DNA of 61,505 nt, counting the filler, from Nemertoderma westbladi (Eukaryota; Animalia; Xenacoelomorpha): the NCBI GenBank assembly GCA_032718475.1. It is 3 parts of 3 records of this genome, joined end to end, with 100 filler letters (N's around TTAATTAATTAA, not from the genome) between each part and the next. Parts side by side here need not be neighbours in the genome. Positions count along the whole stretch, not along the records: positions 1 to 16,865 come from JAUCBJ010001886.1; 2 more parts are not named here. One strand, written 5' to 3'. Under the pieces are notes generated by a model. That model saw only the letters and a list, made by a program, of their open reading frames with translations. It ran no database searches and had not been told where the DNA came from. Below are positions 1 through 11,900 of this stretch, piece by piece. Position 1 is the stretch's first letter. Every line of letters starts with the position of its first letter. A program made the position numbers and the translations under genes.

Positions 1-990
1 TGCTATGATCCAGCGTATCAAACGCTTTTTTAAGATCTATAAAAATTGTGCAAGTTGACATTTTTTTATCTAGAAAATCGCGCAATTTTTCGACAATATC
101 AAGAATTGCAAATGAAGTGGTATATTTTTTCCTAAAGCCGTACTGGCAACTGTTTATTATTAAATATTTGTCCAAATAAGATGACAGCTGTACATATATA
201 ATGCGTTCAAACACTTTGCTTAATACCGGTAACAATGAAATAGGGCGATAGTTGGTTGTGAGACATGGGTCACCAGCTTTATAAACGGGGGTTACTTTTG
301 CTTCTTTGAGAGAATTTGGAAAAAAACCGTGTTTGATACTCAAATTTATTAATTCGGAAATATGATTACACAATATATGGGCAGCAGTTTTTATTAATTT
401 GGTTGGACATTTGTCATTTGAGGCTGAGGCATCATTTAATTCTAATAAATAATATTGTACTTCAACTGGTGTAGTTTTAATAAGTGCAAACGAATTTGAT
501 TTGTTGTGCTTAATATGACGTGAGGGACAGCGAGGCGAGGAAGGGATTGCACTAGAGAGATTACACTCTGCCCCGAGCACATGGACGTGACACGTCGTAA
601 TCTCGAGGCTAATTTTATGCATCATTTAAGCGTGAATGCTTATTTGTTGTCAAATTGGGCTATTCCCAAGGCGTACTATATACGTATATGTCAAAACAAC
701 CGGAAAAACAACAAAACCACTGGGAAACAATTGCATGTTGCATCATCGGACCCAGTCTGTTCTAACTGACACTTAATAAGAATAAGCATTAGACATTTTA
801 TTAGTTTTTTGTGTCCCCCATGTAATGGACCAGGGTTAACTATGATGTACAGCTCCAATCATAAAAACCAGGCTATAATATGAAAGAACCATCTTTCCCA
901 TGTTCGCTGTCCAAATTTCAACCAATTGCATGTTAGTATATTCATGTAGTGGTAGTTTAAATTTATGAAGTCGGGGTGTGTCGCTTGCTT

Positions 991-1021
<31 letters not shown>

Positions 1022-1446
1022 GTAATGCCACTTAAATGTCAATAAAATATTCCCAAGAAACATTTACTTTTTTATTTTTTTTTATTTACTGTTTCAAAAG
1101 GAAATTTCGCGGGCTTTTCAACTTGCCCAAACATTATAAAAACATAAATTAAAAACAATAATTACATAAAACATAATAACATTATAATATGTAGAAGTGT
1201 ATTGAAATAAGAGATAAACAACAAGAAGGAAATGTCCACTCTGTAATGCTCTATACTATTACTATACTAAAATGGCATTACAGGGGGGACTTAACTTAAA
1301 ACCCAAATAGAATTAGTAAAGTAAATTTTAATAGCTGCCCACCGTGCTCATAGAATTCTCCTTATAAATAGCTTTCGAATGATATTATTATAATAGGTTT
1401 TGAATAATAGGTTGATTTTGACTCATTACATTATTATTACAGTATA

Positions 1447-1802
1447 GAATAAGGTTAAAAAGCGAACAGTAAAATAAGGTTAAAAAGCGAACAGTAAAAT
1501 AAGGTTAAAAAGCGAACAGTAAAATAAGGTTAAAAAGCGAACAGTAAAATAAGGTTAAAAAGCGAACAGTAAAATAAGGTAAAAAAGCGAACAGTAAAAT
1601 AAGGTTAAAAAGCGAACAGTAAAATAAGGTTAAAAAGCGAACAGTAAAATAAGGTTAAAAAGCGAACAGTAAAATAAGGTAAAAAAGCGAACAGTAAAAT
1701 AAGGTAAAAAAGCGAACAGTAAAATAACGTAAAAAAGCGAACAGTAAAATAAGGTAAAAAAGCGAACAGTAAAATAACGTAAAAAAGCGAACAGTAAAAT
1801 AA
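1447..1802. repeat. 25-bp tandem minisatellite (AAGGTTAAAAAGCGAACAGTAAAAT), about 14 copies
   Basis: The unit recurs at 1451, 1476, 1501 and onward. The overlapping minus-strand ORFs are repeat translations. Confidence 0.97.
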
Positions 1803-2266
1803 CAAACACATTATCATGGCAACTAGGGCAGCATCGAGGTTTATACACTAAATTAGATTGTGTCATTTATTAGAATTATTTACATCATCTGGTAGGAATA
1901 TAATCTCATATTATTTGACACGGACCAGCATAATTAATATATTATTAGTTAAATTATTGGTATATTATACATTAATTAATTGTTCTAGAATGTTTTCTGA
2001 ATAAATAGCTCGCGTATATAGAAACATACAATTTTCGAACGCCCATATCTCCGTTATTTCTATTTAAAAAGTTTGTAAAAAAATAAAAGGCAAAAATTCT
2101 TGCTCCTTATGGGCATCGAAGGTGAGTTTAATAATTAATGTAGCTGTGTTTCTAATATCATCCAATTTGATAAAGATTTGTAGAAAAATTTTGGTGGCGA
2201 TATCCGTGTCATCAGAAAATGACAATATAGTGTATAGTCCAGAAATAAAGAAATAAAAATCTCGTT

Positions 2267-2578
2267 TCACTCGGCGAAATCTTCGCTAAAATCGTTTCGA
2301 AAACGTTCAGTTTGAATGATATGACGCACTTCGTCCGCAATAACTCGACCACCTCTATAGAGCCGACCACCTCGTCGCAGCTGACGGACGGCTTCGGGGC
2401 AGATTTCTCGCACCTTCTTGTACAGAGTCATCACCGGAATCCCGTGGAGTTTAGCGGACGCGTGAGTGGACAGTCTACGGGTAGATACAGCAGTAACAGC
2501 CGCGTTTAAAGTCTCTTTGGAGTAGGTAGACCAACCAATAGATGCCGTCCCTTGTCTGAGAGGCAAAGAAATAGGCAA
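2267..2578 (-). pseudogene. Pogo/Tigger-like transposase N-terminal HTH (HTH_psq / CENP-B type) remnant
   Basis: YSKETLNAAVTAVSTRRLSTHASAKLHGIPVMTLYKKV fits the psq-type HTH pattern (YS.E.L..A..AV....S...AA...GIP..TL). No DDE domain follows. It lies between 15-bp perfect inverted repeats GAACGCCCATATCTC (2037-2051) and GAGATATGGGCGTTC (3436-3450). Confidence 0.7.
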
Positions 2579-3600
2579 CTTATAGAAATATAGACACTAG
2601 ACAGATGATATACGCAAAATCACTTAACTAAGTAAATATTACAACATTTTAGAGTTAGTCTCCAAAATTGTAACATTACGACACGGCGACCGATGTAAAC
2701 TCAATTTGTAACTGTTGTTGTTGCCATGCCATAACGTGACATTAATTGCCGTAGACCTGAGCACTGAAATTAAGTTCGCAGAAAATATTTGCCGCTATAT
2801 CATATAAATTCGGTATGGGTTTTAGTACTTCTTATATTAATGGATAAACCAAAAAAAACTGCACCACTACGTCCATTAGTCAGTCAATCAAAACTAAAAG
2901 AAACTACAAACTGTAGGACTAAGTGTAATTAAACATTGGATATATAATATAATTGAATTATACATTCATTTGTAAAGTTTCACACCTTCATATTTTTTAT
3001 TTTCTCGAAAAATGGCTGAATATTGTTTAAACCCAATTACAACGGAGTAATTTATTGAAACCATAAATCTTGCGACATACTACTGTACTAATCATAGTGC
3101 AGGTGTACGAGAATAAAAAATATTCGAAACGTTTGAGTTTGAGGCGTAATAACTATTTATTGTACGGTAAATAAAATATGCTTAAGTTTGATCGAGGGGC
3201 GAAAAGGTAAATAACGTGTTTTACTTATCGTGCAACATGTAATTTTATATTTAAAATTATCATTATTATTTATTATTATAATTATTAAAATATATTATTG
3301 TTTAATAAGTAATTAAACATTGGACCAGTCGCAGGCAGTTATTCTTCGTCTTTATTGTGATTTGTTTATACCAATGGAATTGTGCAAGGATTCCAAATTT
3401 GTAAAAAACTGCTATAGTGTCGTTGAGAAATATCTGAGATATGGGCGTTCAAAAACAAAAAGTGCATATATATTTGCATCCGTAACGGCCGGCAGGGCAG
3501 GCCATTTATTATATTTAATAAATACACAATATTCTGGAACATATCATTTATTTGAAGATTATTAATTACTAGTCGTAGCTACTCATTAAATAAATAAAAT

Positions 3601-3820
3601 GGGATAGGTGTAAAACGCGGATCCGGATTCCAAAATTATCAATTAAGGGAAAGGAGCAGGTTACAGTGGCACGTTATTTTAACCAAAACAATAAACTAAA
3701 CACAATAGAACAGGTTATAGTTTTATTTTTGGGAGTTATAAAAATGTAAAAAAAATAGACTTCCGTAGGGACAATGTTAAATGTAGAATCCGGATCCGGA
3801 TCCGCGTTTTATTTTGACCC
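3601..3820. mobile_element. Small MITE-like element with CGGATC-rich inverted ends
   Basis: AAAACGCGGATCCGGATTC near 3612 is inverted relative to GAATCCGGATCCGGATCCGCGTTTT near 3786-3810. Ends are GGG...CCC with AAT on both flanks. Confidence 0.5.
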
Positions 3821-5651
3821 AATAAAATGCCCAATAATAGTATTTATTACCCTAAGAGTACAAAATTAGGCTGATTGAAGAGCAATAATCTCCATTTACC
3901 TAGGTAAATAATGCAAATATTATTTACCGCTAGCCCATTGACTGAGCGGTAAATAATGTAAATTTTATAAATAAATTATTAAACTTTTCGGGATTGGGTG
4001 TGCAATATAGGATTAAATTCCCTTAGTTTGCAGTGTGCCAGTGTGGCTGTGTAAGTATGAAACATGTGTTGGGCAACGTTATAACACATTATTTCACACT
4101 GCTTAAATTTTTGTAAGATAAAATTATATTAAAATTAATAAAATACAATTATATTAAAATTAATTTATACTCGATTTCTGGATGGTTTACTGACATTAAA
4201 CAATAAACCAAAACAATAAACGAAACTCAATAGATCCCTTTACAGTTTTATTATACGGGTAATCAGCAGTTATATGCGTCGAATTTCCCATATGGAAATG
4301 GGTGAATTTTAATCATAGAAAAACTGAAATAACCGCAATATTAAACTTACTGAAACAATCACGAATATTGGAATGATTAATGTATAAATTTAAGCACAAC
4401 AAAATACATTGAATAACATATATTAAGCCAATATGATACACAATTATTATGTTATCTGTTATCTATAACTATTAATGATAAAGTTGATACAAAATTAATT
4501 GGGTGTGCACAAACGTAATGCGTTCAACTAAAGCCTCAACCATTAATACACTGTAATACTTAGCAACAAGTAATTAAATATGCAGGAATAAACAAAGATG
4601 TAATTAATTCCAAAATGTTAACATTACGATTAGAAACGATAACTAATGAGAAACGGCATATGAAACTTATGTTGTAAAAAATATTCTATGTTACTAGAAT
4701 TCATCAATAAAGTCGACAATTAAACTACATAATATTTACATTTACATCAATTAAATCAACGAAGGGACACGTCAAATTATATTATACTACATGTCTAAAT
4801 CGATAATAATCATAATGGAAAGCTTTTATAACATATTTACAAACGTCGAATCAAGGAAAGAGATAAGACTTATTTTGAATAAATACTTTTCAAGAAATAA
4901 ATTTTTTAAAATGCCCAAAAAATGTGCTATGAAAAAGTTTTAAATTTTTAGTGAAAATAATGACGATTTTACAACATTATAATTTTGACGTGAAAATGAC
5001 GTGAAAATAACAAAATATGCCGTAATATGGAACACGTTACTATATAGGAACTATATAAGACCACAATAAATTCACGTTCGATAAAAAAATAATGTGATGT
5101 CCAAATGTGATGTGAAGAAATCCGCGTCACATTGTTACGTCAAAATTAGATTGGCTAACATAGGGAAAGGAGCAGGTTACAGTGGAACTATATTTTAACC
5201 AAAACAACAAACTAAACACAATAGAACAGGTTACAGTTTTATTTTTGCTCGTAAACAGCTGATTTGCATCCAATTTCCCCTGGAGAGGGATGAATTTTTA
5301 TTGAGTCCAGTTCCCCCCCCCCCCCCCCCCCCCCCCCCTATCTGCCAGATTGTAGGCTTGACTTTGACAGTGTCCCTACCAACAAACCCCTGTCCGTCAC
5401 TTTCACAACTTTTCCCACAACGCATTTTTTACCCGATAAAAGTCAAAGATAGAAATATGTTTTGTTTTGGCCCTGGCCGATATGGGCAAAGGTAAACTGC
5501 ATTTATGGGTCAACATCTTTTGGTACCGTTACAGCCGGGGGTCGTAAAGAAAAAAAGACTTTATTATTCATAAATTAAAAATAGCTACGATAATATGACA
5601 CTAGAATGAAATCGTTTTCCTATCTCCTAAATAGATTTAAATATATCGGTT

Positions 5652-5948
5652 TTACGAATCAGAACGCCTGGAGTTGCAGTCTGTGTGTTTGAGTGCGGTT
5701 TTGTAGTTAAGTTGACGATTGCATACGGCGCACGGGGCAGCCATTTCCGTACGCGTTACCTGCGCGCATTTGCGTCGAACACTGTGTTGGCGTGCCGCGT
5801 AGTAACTCCACGATTCGTATGCGTGAACAACGCAGGTAAACTTATGGAAGTGGGTGCTGAGATGGCTGTAGAACCGCTGTCTGGGAGAGTAACAAACTCC
5901 GCAACAAGGACAGCGTTGGCCACACCTACACGGGGAGTACCGGTACAT
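5652..5948 (-). CDS. Small intronless C2H2-like zinc-finger protein (98 aa), origin unknown
   Basis: ATG start. CPCCGVCYSPRQRFYSHLSTH is C-x2-C-x12-H-x3-H, followed by two degenerate fingers (C-x2-H-x12-H-x5-C and C-x2-C-x11-H-x2-C). GC-rich island. AATAAA on the minus strand at 5560-5565. Confidence 0.5.
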   Translation of the reverse strand: MYRYSPCRCGQRCPCCGVCYSPRQRFYSHLSTHFHKFTCVVHAYESWSYYAARQHSVRRKCAQVTRTEMAAPCAVCNRQLNYKTALKHTDCNSRRSDS

Positions 5949-6254
5949 AGAGCAGTATAGTAGGGGTGAACCGCAGATAAATTATAAGAGACAAAAACGG
6001 GTATTTTATGTAAAAATGGGACAGGGGGTGGGGGGACTTGATGCAAATCCCATCTCGGCGAATTAATTTATCGTCTCAATGTTAAATAATCAATTAAGGG
6101 GCAGGCAGGATAGCAAGTGGCACGTTATTCTATCCAAAACAATAAACTAGAGAGAACAGGTAACAAGTGTGAGTAATCAATCACCTGTTATTTGAGTCGA
6201 TTTTCCCCTGGGGAAGGATGAATTTTGTTTGCGTCGAATGTCCCCTCCCCCTAT

Positions 6255-6410
6255 CTAGAAAAAAGTGAAGGCCTACGCACAAAGTCTGACGACTTATTGC
6301 CAGTGCTGTCCCCCAGAACTATACTCCCCAGTGGAAACTCCAGTAATCATTTAGCTATCATTTAAGGAAGATATGAGATGCGATGCACCCTTGCCAGTCG
6401 TAGCCACGAG
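6255..6410 (-). mobile_element. Partial SINE, same family as 57162-57447
   Basis: GCACAAAGTC...CCCCCAGAACT.TACTCCCCAG.GGAAACTCCAGTA.TCATTTAGCTA is shared with 57216-57306. Confidence 0.75.
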
Positions 6411-7697
6411 CCCCCCTTCCCCTAATTTTTCTACAAATCTTAATGAAATATATATGTAAATAAAGTATATATATTATAGTAACACTTCCCGACCACTTAA
6501 CTGGGTGTGGGGTGAGCCAGAATATATATTTCTGATTTCAATCTCTACCAACAAGCGTTTAAAAAAATATATTATATACATATAACAAAAAAATATAGCA
6601 CCAGTCCCACCGCAGTTATTATTCTATCTTTTATAGCTGTTTGTTGGTAACAATGTAAAACTGGCCCTGTAAGGATTCCAAATATGTAAAACAATCTGAA
6701 TTTAGTTGAAAAATAGATGAGATATGTGGGTTCGAAAGTTGCATGGTTTTGCATCTGCACTAGGCTATTTTATTATATTTGAAATAATAAATACATAATG
6801 CATTTATAGTATTGCAATAAAAAATATATTACATTACATATTATTATATATTTCGGACTTATTGCTTTTGCCCCAAATCGCCGAATGGCCAATAGCAATA
6901 AATCCGAAATTCCACAATATTTCTTAGATTAGACAGACCTATCATGGTTGGGGGGTTGGGTTGAGACTTAGGGTTGGGGTTAAATTACGGCTTTATAGTT
7001 ATGGTTTGTGCCTGACCAACAAACCCTAACCTAAAAAACACACCAATATCCCAAGTCATTCTACAACTACCCAATAACCAAGTCATTCAAGTCAGCCAAG
7101 TAAAATAACGCTGGGGTTGTATGTTTTCCATAAAAAGTGGCACTTGTAGTGTGATAGAAGTGGTAACTATAGCCTATGATTGTTATGGAAAGTAAAGGAA
7201 ACCTTCTCGTAGATAAGTCGCCTAGATCTATAGTAACAGATCCGTAAAACCAAAACAGTAAGGTACTATTAATTGTGATACAGTGATTCACGTACCCTTT
7301 ACGAGACACATCCTGGTTTGTATCTGCCGATATTATATCTGAAGACGATAAAACGTGTTCAACATTCCCGTAAACACCTGTAACGCAACACAGAGCCGTA
7401 ACGATCACGGGGTACCATACTACACCAACTATTTTTTTTAACCAAACCGTCAATAATGCTTAAAATATATATCAAAATGTACAACAATATAATAGATCAA
7501 CATACAAGAGAGACAAAACAAGCGCGAACGGACAGACGAAAAATGAGTCAAAATGAGTCTGTCCCAACAGCCGTCCCAATAACTGGTCTTTCCGTAAGGG
7601 ACTGCGGTTGTCTCCCTCCTTTAACATACTACAACTATAGTATAGCAACATAAGATAGTATGGCAGCATATAATAATATAGCAACCGGGGATAACAT

Positions 7698-8648
7698 AAC
7701 GAAACAGGAACGAAACGAAGCATGGTAGGTAGCAACGTAACGAAACAGGAACGAAACGAAGCATGGTAGGTAGCAACGTAACGAAACTGGAACGAAACGA
7801 AGCATGCTAGGTAGCAACGTAACGAAACAGGAACGAAACGAAGCATGCTAGGTAGCAACGTAACGAAACAGGAACGAAACGAAGCATGCTAGGTAGCAAC
7901 GTAACGAAACAGGAACGAAACGAAGCATGCTAGGTAGCAACGTAACGAAACAGGAACGAAACGAAGCATGCTAGGTAGCAACGTGACGAAACAGGAACGA
8001 AACGAAGCATGCTAGGTAGCAACGTAACGAAACAGGAACGAAACGAAGCATGTTAGGTAGAAACGTAACGAAACAGGAACGAAACGAAGCATGTTAGGTA
8101 GCAACGTAACGAAACAGGAACGAAACGAAGCATGCTAGGTAGCAACGTAACGAAATAGGAACGAAACGAAGCATGTTAGGTAGCAACGTAACGAAACAGG
8201 AACGAAACGAAGCATGCTAGGTAGCAACGTAACGAAACAGGAACGAAACGAAGCATGTTAGGTAGAAACGTAACGAAACAGGAACGAAACGAAGCATGTT
8301 AGGTAGCAACGTAACGAAACAGGAACGAAACGAAGCATGCTAGGTAGCAACGTAACGAAACAGGAACGAAACGAAGCATGTTAGGTAGCAACGTAACGAA
8401 ACAGGAACGAAACGAAGCATGTTAGGTAGCAACGTAACGAAACATGAACGAAACAAAGCCTGCTAGGTAGAAACGTAACGAAACAGGAACGAAACGAAGC
8501 ATGTTAGGTAGCAACGTAACGAAACAGGAACGAAACGAAGCATGTTAGGTAGCAACGTAACGAAACAGGAACGAAACGAAGCATGCTAGGTAGCAACGTA
8601 ACGAAACAGGAACGAAACGAAGCATGTTAGGTAGAAACGTAACGAAAC
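7698..8648. repeat. 41-bp tandem minisatellite (AACGAAACAGGAACGAAACGAAGCATGYTAGGTAGCAACGT), about 23 copies
   Basis: AGCATG recurs at 7801, 7842 and onward; copies are nearly identical. Confidence 0.97.
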
Positions 8649-8937
8649 AAACATAAATAACTAAAACAAAATGAAATGAAAACGATATAATAATGAAAGA
8701 GGTTTCGTTTCGCAAATTTTTCCAAGTTTTTTTTTTCGCTAAAATATAATTTAATTAAATACAAACTGGTATAAATGTTTTAATAATTCAGCAATTAAAA
8801 AAAATATATATATAATAATAATGATACCCCTTTCTCCATAATCGTTGTACTTGTAATGTAAACATAAATTATTACATTTAATACAGACCAACCTAATGGC
8901 AACATAAGATGGTAATAGTGACATAGCGTAACATAGC

Positions 8938-11900
8938 TTGGGAGTGCAATAAAGTAACTGTAGTGAATAAAACATGTTGGGAGTGCAATAAAGTAGCTGA
9001 AGGGAATAAAACATGTTGGGAGTGCAATAAAGTAACTGTAGTGAATAAAACATGTTGGGAGTGCAATAAAGTAGCTGAAGGGAATAAAACATGTTGGGAG
9101 TGCAATAAAGTAACTGTAGTGAATAAAACATGTTGGGAGTGCAATAAAGTAACTGTAGTGAATAAAACATGTTGGGAGTGCAATAAAGTAACTGTAGTGA
9201 ATAAAACATGTTGGGAGTGCAATAAAGTAGCTGAAGGGAATAAAACATGTTGGGAGTGCAATAAAGTAACTGTAGTGAATAAAACATGTTGGGAGTGCAA
9301 TAAAGTAACTGTAGTAAATAAAACATGTTGGGAGTGCAATAAAGTAACTGTAGTGAATAAAACATGTTGGGAGTGCAATAAAGTAACTGAAGGGATAAAA
9401 CATGTTGGGAGTGCAATAAAGTAACTGTAGTGAATAAAACATGTTGGGAGTGCAATAAAGTGACTGAAGGGATAAAACATGTTGGGAGTGGTATAAAGTA
9501 ACTGAAGGGAATAAAACATGTTGGGAGTGGAATAAAGTAACTGAAGGGAATAAAACATGTTGGGAGTGCAATAAAGTAACTGAAGGAAATAAAACATGTT
9601 GGGAGTGCAATAAAGTAACTGTAGTGAATAAAACATGTTGGGAGTGCAATAAAGTAGCTGTAGTGAATAAAACATGTTGGGAGTGCAATAAAGTAACTGT
9701 AGTGAATAAAACATGTTGGGAGTGCAATAAAGTAACTGTAGTGAAAAAAACATGTTGGGAGTGCAATAAAGTAACTGTAGTGAATAAAACATGTTGGGAG
9801 TGCAATATAGTAGCTGAAGGGAATAAAACATGTTGGGAGTGCAATAAAGTAACTGTAGTGAATAAAACATGTTGGGAGTGCAATAAAGTACTGTAGTGAA
9901 TAAAACATGTTGGGAGTGCAATAAAGTAACTGTAGTGAATAAAACATGTTGGGAGTGCAATAAAGTAACTGTAGTGAATAAAACGTGTTGGGAGTGCAAT
10001 AAAGTAACTGTAGTGAATAAAACATGTTGGGAGTGCAATAAAGGGACTGAAGGGATAAAACATGTTGGGAGTGCAATAAAGTGACTGAAGGGATAAAACA
10101 TGTTGGGAGTGGAATAAAGTAACTGAAGGGAATAAAACATGTTGGGAGTGGAATAAAGTAACTGAAGGGAATAAAACATGTTGGGAGTGCAATAAAGTAA
10201 CTGAAGGAAATAAAACATGTTGGGAGTGCAATAAAATAACTGTAGTGAATAAAACATGTTATGTTGGGAGTGCAATAAAGTAACTGAAGGGAATAAAACA
10301 TGTTGGGAGTGGAATAAAGTAACTGAAGGGAATAAAACATGTTTGGAATGCAATAAAGTAACTGAAGGAAATAAAACATGTTGGGAGTGCAATAAAGTAA
10401 CTGTAGTGAATAAAACATGTTGGGAGTGCAATAAAGTAGCTGAAGGGAATAAAACATGTTGGGAGTGCGATAAAGTAACTGTAGTGAATAAAACATGTTG
10501 GGAGTGCAATAAAGTAGCTGAAGGGAATAAAACATGTTGGGAGTGCAATAAAGTAACTGTAGTGAATAAAACATGTTGGCAGTGCAATAAAGTAACTGTA
10601 ATGAATAAAACATGTTGGGAGTGCAATAAAGTGACTGAAGGGATAAAACATGTTGGGAGTGGAATAAAGTAACTGTAGTGAATAAAACATATTGGGAGTG
10701 CAATAAAGTAACTGAAGGGAATAAAACATGTTGGGAGTGCAATAAAGTAACTGTAGTGAATAAAACATGTTGGGAGTGCAATAAAGTAGCTGAAGGGAAT
10801 AAAACATGTTGGGAGTGCAATAAAGTAACTGTAGTGAATAAAACATGTTGGGAGTGCAATAAAGTAACTGTAGTGAATAAAACATTTTGGGAGTGCAATA
10901 AAGTAGCTGAAGGGAATAAAACATGTTGGGAGTGCAATAAAGTAACTGTAGTGAATAAAACATGTTAGGAGTGCAATAAAGTAGCTGAAGGGAATAAAAC
11001 ATGTTGGGAGTGCAATAAAGTAACTGTAGTGAATAAAACATGTTGGGAGTGCAATAAAGTAACTGTAGTGAATAAAACATGTTGGGAGTGCATTAAGTAG
11101 CTGAAGGGAATAAAACATGTTGGGAGTGCAATAAAGTAACTGAAGGGATAAAACATGTTGGGAGTGCAATAAAGTAACTGTAGTGAATAAAACATGTTGG
11201 GAGTGCAATAAAGTAACTGAAGGGAATAAAACATGTTGGGAGTGGAATAAAGTAACTGAAGGGAATAAAACATTTTGGGAGTGCAATAAAGTAGCTGAAG
11301 GGAATAAAACATGTTGGGAGTGCAATAAAGTAACTGTAGTGAATAAAACATGTTAGGAGTGCAATAAAGTAGCTGAAGGGAATAAAACATGTTGGGAGTG
11401 CAATAAAGTAACTGTAGTGAATAAAACATGTTGGGAGTGCAATAAAGTAACTGTAGTGAATAAAACATGTTGGGAGTGCATTAAGTAGCTGAAGGGAATA
11501 AAACATGTTGGGAGTGCAATAAAGTAACTGAAGGGATAAAACATGTTGGGAGTGCAATAAAGTAACTGTAGTGAATAAAACATGTTGGGAGTGCAATAAA
11601 GTAACTGAAGTGAATAAAACATGTTGGGAGTGCAATAAAGTAACTGTAGTGAATAAAACATGTTGGGAGTGCAATAAAGTAACTGTAGTGAATAAAACAT
11701 GTTGGGAGTGCAATAAAGTAACTGAAGGGAATAAAACATGTTGGGAGTGCAATAAAGTAACTGAAGGGATAAAACATGTTGGGAGTGCAATAAAGTAACT
11801 GTAGTGAATAAAACATGTTGGGGGTGCAATAAAGTAGCTGAAGGGAATAAAACATGTTGGGAGTGCAATAAAGTAACTGAAGGGAATAAAACATGTTGGG

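Noticed and set aside
993-1020. Long poly-C/G tracts (also about 5313, 42057, 43600, 46481, 56063 and 61294) giving poly-Pro or poly-Gly ORFs
   Set aside because: These are simple homopolymers, their lengths are unreliable in assemblies, and nothing supports coding.
3662-3690. RSS- or Transib-like signal TACAGTG-12 bp-AACCAAAAC
   Set aside because: It lacks the essential CAC, the heptamer-like part is not kept in most other copies of the motif, and there is no RAG or Transib ORF.
6950-7035. Telomere-like TTAGGG / CCCTAA words
   Set aside because: Only one or two imperfect units, typical of small interspersed repeats rather than a telomeric array.
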